Below the pieces are notes generated by a model. It searched no databases, had not been told where the DNA came from, and worked only from the letters and a program-made list of their open reading frames with translations. A program made the translations under genes and the position numbers. This document shows, in pieces, positions 56,687 through 64,000 of a DNA stretch of 64,000 nt (positions within the stretch are counted from its first letter, which is position 1; each line of letters starts with the position of its first letter). This DNA is from Candidatus Mailhella merdavium (GTDB lineage Bacteria; Desulfobacterota; Desulfovibrionia; Desulfovibrionales; Desulfovibrionaceae), in NCBI GenBank assembly GCA_019119045.1, contig DWXS01000029.1, positions 9,571-73,570 of the forward strand, read 5' to 3'.

Positions 56687-57145
56687 TGACGGAGCGCAGG
56701 AGAGGCTATGAATTCAGCGAAAACACAAATCTTCTGATATAGATACTCGAAACAATATGTTGGAGTAGCGCCGGAATGTAACGGATTGCAGAGTTGTCAT
56801 TCCTGAAGTCCGAGTTTTTACTCCGGCAGAATTTTCGGAAGACCGGCTTTCGAGGTGGAACAGGCAAATGTTCATTTACGGATAGGCGTTATACAGAGGC
56901 GGCTCTGCATCAGAGCATTCTCGGAGTTTTCCATAAAAAAGTTGTTGTTGGAGCGCTGTCCGGACAGGAAGGCCTTTCCGTTGTCGTGCGGATGACTGTG
57001 AGCCGTATTCGCAGTCATGGGCGTTATGCATCAGAGCGGGGGGAGAGCCGTTCCGCATGGATGCCTCGTTGTTTTTTTGTGCATGAGCGAAACATGATTT
57101 CGCACGAACGTTTCATGTACGTTATTAACCAGTAAGGAGAAGGTT

Positions 57146-57700
57146 ATGAGCAAAAACATCATCATACTGAACGGCAGTCCGCGTATGAAAGGTAATACTT
57201 CCATGCTTTGTGACGCTTTTACAGAAGGAGCAAAAAGTGTCGGCCATGCTGTGACCCGCTTTGATTTGCAGAAAATGAATATACATGGATGTCTGGGCTG
57301 TGTGAAAGGCGGCAGCGATGTATCGAGTCCCTGCGTTCAGAAAGACGGCATGACGGAGATTTATCCCGCATATCGGGCTGCGGACATCGTTGTGCTGGCT
57401 TCTCCCATGTATTACTGGGGCCTGTCCGGACAGCTGAAAACCGCATTTGATCGTCTTTTTGCCGTTGCCGAATGCAATCCCGGATATGCGAATCCTAAAA
57501 AAGAATGTGCCCTTCTTATGGCTGCTGAAGGTAATTCTCCAGATAACTGGCGTCCGGTGCTGGAGTATTATCATGCACTTCTCGGCTTCCTTGAGTGGAA
57601 GGATCGCGGTCAGGTGCTGGCGGGCGGCGTCTTTGAAGCCGGCGCTGTGGCGGGCCAGCCCATTCTGGAAGAGGCGTTTCGTTTTGGCGCGTCTCTATAG
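57146..57700 (+). CDS. Flavodoxin-like iron-sulfur flavoprotein / NADPH-dependent FMN reductase family
   Basis: LNGSPRMKGNT, CLGCVKG...CVQKD, ASPMYYWGLSGQLKTAFDR. Confidence 0.9.
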   Translation: MSKNIIILNGSPRMKGNTSMLCDAFTEGAKSVGHAVTRFDLQKMNIHGCLGCVKGGSDVSSPCVQKDGMTEIYPAYRAADIVVLASPMYYWGLSGQLKTAFDRLFAVAECNPGYANPKKECALLMAAEGNSPDNWRPVLEYYHALLGFLEWKDRGQVLAGGVFEAGAVAGQPILEEAFRFGASL

Positions 57701-57926
57701 GGGACAAAGGGGAGCCATCGCAAGCGCGTCTGATGGTCAGCATGAGCGAAATCCGTAAGGATGAGAATACATCAGGATTTTTTTTCAGTCTTGCGGCTCG
57801 GACAGGGGCGTCCGGGAAATTCTCCGTGTGAACGCTGCCAGACAGAAGAATGCGGAGGAAAGCTGAATGCCGGACGTCGGTATTTTCCTCCGGGACGCCT
57901 CCAACACATTGTTACTCGAGGAATAT

Positions 57927-58427
57927 ATGAAAAAGCTTTCTCTTCTTGATGCGGCAAAGTTCACGTCTCCCAATCCGTTGTCTCTTATCTGTTCCAGAAC
58001 TCCATCCGGAAGCACCAATATTGCCACAGTATCATGGTGGACATATCTGAGTTTGGAGCCGGAAACCATCGGCTTTGCCATGATGAAAACTTCGTATACG
58101 GGAGAGATGGTAAGAAACAGCAAAAACGTTGTACTGACTATCCCGGGCGAGGCTCTTGCCAAACAGGTAATGCAGTGCGGCACCTCAACAGGAAGGACAA
58201 AAGATAAGGCAAAAGATTTTGGTATTGAGCTGCAAAGTATTCCTGAATGTGATATCCAGATTCCGGTACACAGCGTCATTGCCATGCAGTGTTCCCTGCG
58301 TGAGTTTGTAGATGTCGGAGATCATTATCTGTACATCTGCGATGTGAAAAACGTGTATTGCAATGAAGAGGAAAAAGCCTTGTTTGCCTGGAAAGGATAT
58401 GCAAAAATTGCGCCTGTTCAGGCCTGA
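57927..58427 (+). CDS. Flavin reductase family protein (flavoredoxin-like)
   Basis: PNPLSLICS, NIATVSW, CGTSTGRTKDK, MQCSL...VGDHYLYIC. Confidence 0.85.
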   Translation: MKKLSLLDAAKFTSPNPLSLICSRTPSGSTNIATVSWWTYLSLEPETIGFAMMKTSYTGEMVRNSKNVVLTIPGEALAKQVMQCGTSTGRTKDKAKDFGIELQSIPECDIQIPVHSVIAMQCSLREFVDVGDHYLYICDVKNVYCNEEEKALFAWKGYAKIAPVQA

Positions 58428-58452
58428 TTGCGCCTTTTCATCTTTATTTTTG

Positions 58453-58486
58453 AAGGCCTTTCCCGGAGGAAAGGCCTTTTTCTTTC
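58453..58486 (+). terminator. Rho-independent terminator
   Basis: AAGGCCTTTCC-CGGA-GGAAAGGCCTT followed by TTTCTTT. Confidence 0.8.
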
Positions 58487-58779
58487 AGAAGAGGAAAAGG
58501 CAAAAAAGCCGGAGGGCCATTAGATGGTCGCCTCAACCTGATGAGTTTTGGATAGATGATAGATACAGCGTAAAAGAAAGAACAGAGAAATAGGGCAGGC
58601 ACAGAGGCGTCTGTAAAGACGGTCTCCTGTGGATGAACTGTTTTCAGAAGTCCGTGCTGTCTGGAAAAGTTCTGAAATAAATTGATCCTTGAAGCGGGAG
58701 TATTCAAAAATAAACAGGGCGGGGAATGTCGCTGTATTTGACATTCGCCCGCCCCTGTAAAGCCGAGAAGTAAAACAGG

Positions 58780-60858
58780 CTATTGCTGCTTCATTTGCTC
58801 AATGAGCGAGTTGAGATGCTGAGCCTGGTTGGCAAGATCGGAGACTGCCTTTGCAGCTTCTGCCATGGCCTGCGTTGTCTGCGAAGACATACTGTTGATC
58901 TGAACGATGGTCTGATTGATTTCTTCGCTGGCTGCGGATTGTTCTTCGCTGGCTGCGGCAATGGCGCGGACCTGATCCGCCGAAGTTTCGGCGTTGCTGA
59001 CTATGGCTTTGAGCGCGCTGCCCGACTGATCTGCCAGACGCGAAGTTTCCTCTATGCTCTGTACGGCATTGTCCACACTGGCCATGCTCTTGCTTGTGCT
59101 TTCCTGAATGGCGCGAATGGCGTTGCCCACATCATGGGTGGAGGCCATGGTCTTTTCAGCCAGTTTGCGCACTTCATCCGCCACGACGGCAAAACCGCGT
59201 CCTGCTTCGCCTGCCCGGGCGGCTTCGATGGCCGCGTTCAGGGCCAGCAGGTTTGTCTGATCCGCAATGTCCGAAATGACGGTCATGATACGGCTGATGG
59301 CCTGAGCGTGTTCATTGAGCAGGCTCATATCGTTCTTCAGTTCGAGGGATACTTCATGGACATGATCCATACTGTTCAGGGCCTGCTGAACGATATTCGC
59401 ACCCTTTTCCGCATTGTCCTTGGTTTCCACGGATATTTCCGCAGCCGTGGAGGCGTTGCGCGCCACTTCCTGAACTGTGGCGTTCATTTCGTTCATGGCC
59501 GTGGCCGCTTCCGTCAGGCGTGCGGCAGTTTCCGTCGCCGTATGATCGGACTGTTCAATCTGGGCGGAAAGCTGGGTGGATGCCGAGGAAATGATGCTGA
59601 CCATTTCTTCCAGCTGCGTTGCGGCGGCAAGCATACCGTCGCGCTTGGCGTTTTCCGCGCGGCGGGCGGATTCTTCGGCCATGGCTGACGCTTCTTTGGC
59701 CTCCTCGGTAGCCTGCTGCGCTTCCCGTGTCTTTTCTTCACTTTCCTTGAGCAGACTGCTGATACTGCCGATCATCCGGCGTATGCCGTCTGCCAGAGTG
59801 CTTACTTCATCGCCGCGCTGAATGGCTTTTTGCAGACTGGCTTCCTTGGCAGGCGTGATTTCAAGATTTCCCTGTGCGGCCGCAGCCACGATATCCGCTC
59901 CCCCGGAAAGCGCGCCGGCAATGCCGCGGGCAAAGACAAGAATAATACCGCCTACGACGAGAACGCAGATAACCAGCACAAAGAGGGAGAGTCTCAACAT
60001 ATTCTTGAGCGGCGTAAAAATGCCGTCGCGGTAAACCTCAAGGGCTATAATCCAGTCGAGTTCCGGCAGGGAGGTGTAATAGGCGATTTTTACGGCGCCG
60101 TCTTCTGTGAATTCAAGCGTTCCGCTTCCGCTGGCGAGCATTTTCTGTACATGTTCAAGCTTGCTGTCGTCGCGCCCCGTAACGGATTCGTCCGGGTGCA
60201 TGACAACCTGTCCGGCTTTGTTGTAGACGAAACTGATGCCTTTTTCGCCTACTTTTGTGCTGTTGACCGTGCGTTGGGCAAGTACGCTGTTGTCGATGCC
60301 GAGGAAGATGCAGCCGACCGGCGTCTTGCCGTCTTCCCCAAAAAGCGGAGAGCTGAGGATGGTTGTCATCTCTCCCGTAGATTCGGAGAAAACATCTTCG
60401 CTGTCTCTGTGCCCCTGCATTGCCCGTGAAAAATACGCGCGTTCCGCCCGGCTGGTTCCTACGGAACTTTCCGAGGAATGTGCGATGACCGTGCCCTGAG
60501 CGTCTGTGAGGCCGATCATGGCGATAAGTTCGTCGTTGTCGGCCAGTTCTTTCATGTAAAGGCATGCCTCATGCTGGAGACGGCTTATCGTGTCGGCAGG
60601 CGCGCCGTTGTCGCGGGCCTCCCGAAGGGCGGAAACGGCAGAGGAATCATGAAGCATGTCCTGAATCGTATTGAGCGTATTATATACTGTTTCCAGGCCG
60701 CTGGTCTGGGTTTGTACCACGAGCTGCATGTTGCCTTGCAGCTGGGAAACCAGAATATTGCTTGACTGGTAGTATCCTATGCCGGAAACAAGCATCAGGC
60801 CTATAATGGCCGGCAAAAGAATAAACAGAATCATTTTGGTCAGCAGACGAAGCTTCAT
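58780..60858 (-). CDS. Methyl-accepting chemotaxis protein (dCache sensor, HAMP)
   Basis: Two TMs, periplasmic dCache (RAYF, HPD), [38 protein letters not shown]. Confidence 0.97.
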   Translation of the reverse strand: MKLRLLTKMILFILLPAIIGLMLVSGIGYYQSSNILVSQLQGNMQLVVQTQTSGLETVYNTLNTIQDMLHDSSAVSALREARDNGAPADTISRLQHEACLYMKELADNDELIAMIGLTDAQGTVIAHSSESSVGTSRAERAYFSRAMQGHRDSEDVFSESTGEMTTILSSPLFGEDGKTPVGCIFLGIDNSVLAQRTVNSTKVGEKGISFVYNKAGQVVMHPDESVTGRDDSKLEHVQKMLASGSGTLEFTEDGAVKIAYYTSLPELDWIIALEVYRDGIFTPLKNMLRLSLFVLVICVLVVGGIILVFARGIAGALSGGADIVAAAAQGNLEITPAKEASLQKAIQRGDEVSTLADGIRRMIGSISSLLKESEEKTREAQQATEEAKEASAMAEESARRAENAKRDGMLAAATQLEEMVSIISSASTQLSAQIEQSDHTATETAARLTEAATAMNEMNATVQEVARNASTAAEISVETKDNAEKGANIVQQALNSMDHVHEVSLELKNDMSLLNEHAQAISRIMTVISDIADQTNLLALNAAIEAARAGEAGRGFAVVADEVRKLAEKTMASTHDVGNAIRAIQESTSKSMASVDNAVQSIEETSRLADQSGSALKAIVSNAETSADQVRAIAAASEEQSAASEEINQTIVQINSMSSQTTQAMAEAAKAVSDLANQAQHLNSLIEQMKQQ

Positions 60859-60907
60859 GATCCCTCCGGGGAAATCTGGCAGGTATCCCTTTTGATTTTA
60901 ATGGATA

Positions 60908-60934
60908 CTATCGGTCATTCTGTGAATAAAATTA
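60908..60934 (-). promoter_or_regulatory. Putative sigma28 promoter of the MCP
   Basis: Minus strand TAAT-N15-ACCGATAG resembles TAAA-N15-GCCGATAA. Confidence 0.5.
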
Positions 60935-61299
60935 CGTTTGGCGAAGGCAAAATGGGAAAAAATTACTCACTGTCTGCGGAATGTCCGGCGCACGAAGGGG
61001 GGGATGGGCCATGGCAATGGCACGTTGAAAGCGTTTTGCTCCCACGTCCGCCATCCAGAGAAGAAGCACGAGGGGAATACCTGTGCGCATCAGAGCTGCA
61101 GGGTGAAAGGAGCTGGTTCTCTGGTTCATGGTCTTGTCAGATATAAGGTTTGATGTTTTTCGGGCATCGTGTTTTCTTTATCATGCTCCTGGAAAGGAGA
61201 AAAGACAGAGATGTTCTGCCCGAATATTTGCCGATTTTGAACTCGTGGGGGGAGCGTTGTCTTCTATGACCCCGAGGGGGATATTCAGAAGTCTCCTGT

Positions 61300-62139
61300 T
61301 TAAAGATAAGGCACCTGATCCACCAGATCCGCCACAGTAATGAACATATTGAAAATATCCCGCAGCGGCAGAGGGCCGGCTTCCATGCTCATGGGGCCGG
61401 TACGGCGCAGACCCGGGACGATTGATACCTGATCCGCCCCTGACGCGGTGGTGAACTCCAGTTCCATGCGTATGTTTTCGCCGATCCGCAGGGGAGCGCG
61501 TCCGGACAGGGAGCCGACTGCCTGGCAGGCGGCGGCGTATATACGCCGTCTGCATTCCCGGGGGTGCAGGCATCGGGCGGCATATGCCCCCATACCCCGT
61601 TTTACGGCGACCGTGTTTACGGAAGGGATCAGTTTGTGCGCTTCGAGGCAGGTGGTTTCGTCGCCGGAAACCAGCACGACAGGGGCATCGTACAACCCGG
61701 CCAGGGCCGCGTTCATTCCCAGTTCTCCCATTTCCGTGCGGGGGAAGTCCGGCCCGGACAGAAACATGGTACGGATACGGCTGTGGTGGTTGTGAACGAT
61801 AAGTCCGTTTTGCGTACCGGGTTTCGCGTGGTAGCCGATAAGAAAAACGGCATCGAATCCTTCCTCTACGCCCGCCATCATGGACAGAGGACGGGGCGCG
61901 CCCATGATCAGTTCCGCCCGTTCATCCAGTTCCTCCGGCAGGATGTTCAGGCCTACGTTATGGGCATCGGCAACGACGACGTGTGCGGCTCCGGCTTCGC
62001 AGGCTCCGGCTATGGCGGCGTTGACCTCTGCGGTCATCAGGCGGCGGGACTGAAGATAATCCCTGCCGGGAATAGTGGAATGTTCCGGGCGGACGACACA
62101 GCCTATTCCTTCAATGTCGCAGGAAATATAGATATCCAT
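61300..62139 (-). CDS. dppA: M55 family D-aminopeptidase (DppA-like)
   Basis: IYISCDIEG, MTAEVNAA..GA, VADAH, MMAG, IGYHA, LVSGD. Confidence 0.9.
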   Translation of the reverse strand: MDIYISCDIEGIGCVVRPEHSTIPGRDYLQSRRLMTAEVNAAIAGACEAGAAHVVVADAHNVGLNILPEELDERAELIMGAPRPLSMMAGVEEGFDAVFLIGYHAKPGTQNGLIVHNHHSRIRTMFLSGPDFPRTEMGELGMNAALAGLYDAPVVLVSGDETTCLEAHKLIPSVNTVAVKRGMGAYAARCLHPRECRRRIYAAACQAVGSLSGRAPLRIGENIRMELEFTTASGADQVSIVPGLRRTGPMSMEAGPLPLRDIFNMFITVADLVDQVPYL

Positions 62140-62150
62140 GTCGCAGTCCT

Positions 62151-63104
62151 TTACCATGGAAGCGCAGGCATGGGCCCGTATGCTTCCTCGTAACGTCTGG
62201 CAAAGCTGTCTCTGGTGAATCCGTGTTCCTGCGTGCCGTATTTTTCGATGCAGAAACTGGAACAGACCGAGCCCAGTTCGGCGGAGGTTTCCATATCCAG
62301 ACCGCTGTGCAGTCCTTTGATCAGACCGGCACGATAGGCGTCTCCGGCTCCTGTGGGATCGGCCACGGCGGCAACCTTTACGGCTGCGATGCGTCGCGGA
62401 CTGTCCCAGCCTTTTTTCATGAGCATGGAGCCGTTTTCTCCCAGCGTGGTGATCAGCCAGGTCACTCTTTCGAGAAGATCGGCACGGGAAAGGCCCGTCA
62501 TCTTGCAGATCAATTCAATTTCATAGTCGTTGCCGATCAAGGCCTCCGCGCCCGTAAAGCCCTGTACCAGCCGATCTGCGCCGAGAGCAGGTACCTGCTG
62601 ACCGGGATCATAGATAAAGGGAATCCCGTGAGAACGGTACAGTTCCGGCAGGGTGAGCATGTCGTCCATATTGCCCGGGGCGACAACAGCCCAGTCCCCC
62701 GGTTTTACGTCGGGCAGAAATGCCGGATCGCAGGGTGTATTCATCGCCGCAGGGCTGAAACCGGTGATCTGGTTCCCCTGTTTGTCTGTGGTGATATAGG
62801 CGCAGGCCGTGAAATTCTGGGAAAGGCGACGAATACCGTCCAGAGGAAGCCCCAGGCCTTCAAGGGCACGGGCATATTCCTCAAAGTCCTTGCCCACCGT
62901 GGCGCAAATGCGGGGGCGTTCCTTCATCAGGGCAAGGTTGAAGGCAATGTTGCCCGCTGTTCCGCCCCTTTTTTCTTCAATACGTTCGATAAGAAAGCAT
63001 ACGTTGAGAATATGGAGCTTTTCCGGAAGAATATGGTCTTCAAAGCGACCGGGAAAGGTCATGATGCGATCATAGGCGAGGGAACCGGAAAGATGGATGG
63101 ACAT
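62151..63104 (-). CDS. PfkB family carbohydrate/nucleoside kinase (adenosine kinase-like)
   Basis: GSLAYDRIMTF, GGTAGNIA, YDPGQQ, NDYE, TLGENG, DPTGAGDAYRAG. Confidence 0.92.
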   Translation of the reverse strand: MSIHLSGSLAYDRIMTFPGRFEDHILPEKLHILNVCFLIERIEEKRGGTAGNIAFNLALMKERPRICATVGKDFEEYARALEGLGLPLDGIRRLSQNFTACAYITTDKQGNQITGFSPAAMNTPCDPAFLPDVKPGDWAVVAPGNMDDMLTLPELYRSHGIPFIYDPGQQVPALGADRLVQGFTGAEALIGNDYEIELICKMTGLSRADLLERVTWLITTLGENGSMLMKKGWDSPRRIAAVKVAAVADPTGAGDAYRAGLIKGLHSGLDMETSAELGSVCSSFCIEKYGTQEHGFTRDSFARRYEEAYGPMPALPW

Positions 63105-63129
63105 TGTAAGGGCTCCATGGAGTTGATGT

Positions 63130-63450
63130 TCAGGAAAGAGGGCTGGTACTTTCCTCGATCCATGCCAGAAAATCGGGATTTCCCCCTGTAATGGGAAAGG
63201 CCGTTACGCAGGGAGTTTCATAGCTGTGCAGCTCTCGAACCTTTTGAATGAGCGCGCCCAGCCTCTCCTCAACGCTTTTGCAGATGAGTACGGTTTCCCG
63301 TGCGTACTCGCGCCTGCCTTTCCATAAATACATGGAACGCATACCGGGAAGAATATTGGCACACGCCACCAGACGTTCATCCAGCAGCGCCGAGGCAATA
63401 CGTTCGGCTTCCTCTTCTGATGCGCAGGTGATGTAGATAAACAGGGGCAT
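63130..63450 (-). CDS. cutA: Divalent-cation tolerance protein CutA
   Basis: YITCASEEEAERIA..LLDERLVACANI..MRSMYLWKG, LHSYETPC. Confidence 0.93.
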   Translation of the reverse strand: MPLFIYITCASEEEAERIASALLDERLVACANILPGMRSMYLWKGRREYARETVLICKSVEERLGALIQKVRELHSYETPCVTAFPITGGNPDFLAWIEESTSPLS

Positions 63451-63563
63451 GTCAGACTCGGACGTTTGGGATGGCTGCGGGGGCGGGCCGTCCGTGTAGT
63501 CTCGTATGGTAGCGATTTTGGCAGTCCCGGGCAAGTATCCGTTTTTCCACGAACAAGCCTTGC

Positions 63564-63896
63564 CTAGTCCGGGATATGGTCGCCCTCTCCGGCAGGACGC
63601 TGCGGAGAGGGAAGAGGCCATGGTCCGACTTCAAAGGAAATCAGATGTTGCATGGCGGCAAGAGCTTCAAGAACCTGCTCTTTTTGATGAGGGGAAAAGA
63701 TAAGTCGCAGCAGGGCCTCTCCCGGAGCCAGCACGGTGAAGAAGGCGAGATTGTCACGGGCTTCCAGCAGATAGCGAAAAAGACCCGTGTCACCCGGGGC
63801 GATACGGATCAGAAGAGATGCGGAACGATGTGCGGGCGGCAGGCTGACCGTACCAGAGCGGCGAAGCGGCGATACCGGCCCGGTTTCTGTACCCAT
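63564..63896 (-). CDS. DUF4911-like hypothetical protein
   Basis: LLIRIAPGDTGLFRYLLEARDNLAFFTVL; immediately downstream of infA. Confidence 0.7.
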   Translation of the reverse strand: MGTETGPVSPLRRSGTVSLPPAHRSASLLIRIAPGDTGLFRYLLEARDNLAFFTVLAPGEALLRLIFSPHQKEQVLEALAAMQHLISFEVGPWPLPSPQRPAGEGDHIPD

Positions 63897-63897
63897 A

Positions 63898-64000
63898 CTA
63901 TTTCATACGATAGGTAATGCGGCCTCGTGTCAGATCATACGGGGAAAGCTCCACCTTGACCTTGTCGCCGGGCAGAATACGAATATAGAATTTACGCATC
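63898..64000 (-). CDS. infA: Translation initiation factor IF-1 (3' part, truncated by window edge)
   Basis: Manual translation: [33 protein letters not shown]. Confidence 0.95.
   Translation of the reverse strand, partial: MRKFYIRILPGDKVKVELSPYDLTRGRITYRMK

Overview
A 64-kb chromosomal window from a GC-rich deltaproteobacterium, most likely a host-associated Desulfovibrionaceae (inferred from hdrCBA-flxCD/B/A, valS divergent from a BPL_N gene, and infA-DUF4911-cutA-pfkB). The housekeeping and energy backbone is a MacA-like adaptor (partial), a DUF3798 ABC transporter, valS, flagellin, Hdr-Flx, an MCP, dppA, a PfkB kinase, cutA and infA (partial). Accessory modules: (1) a probable MarR-controlled operon with an AprB/AprA-like pair, a TctC plus fused TctA-TctB transporter and two Old Yellow Enzyme paralogs that both carry a non-canonical H-x-x-T-G-K active-site motif; (2) a PAP2-eptA-two-component lipid A remodelling locus whose promoter box resembles those upstream of a four-gene YgiW/BOF array 26 kb away; (3) a candidate anti-phage operon (tandem-AAA ATPase, DUF262+HNH, a second DUF262 protein, WYL regulator) divergent from an ADP-ribosylglycohydrolase and a NUDIX hydrolase; (4) a Tat-exported molybdoenzyme with no membrane anchor; (5) a TetR/radical SAM/flavoprotein cluster. 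A ~210-240 bp palindromic-ended repeat (MITE/REPIN-like) occurs in three diverged copies. Three genes are frameshifted at homopolymers (G5, G8, T8), which may be sequencing error or phase variation. No tRNA, rRNA, CRISPR array, integrase or transposase was seen. All family assignments come from motif recognition by eye, not database searches.
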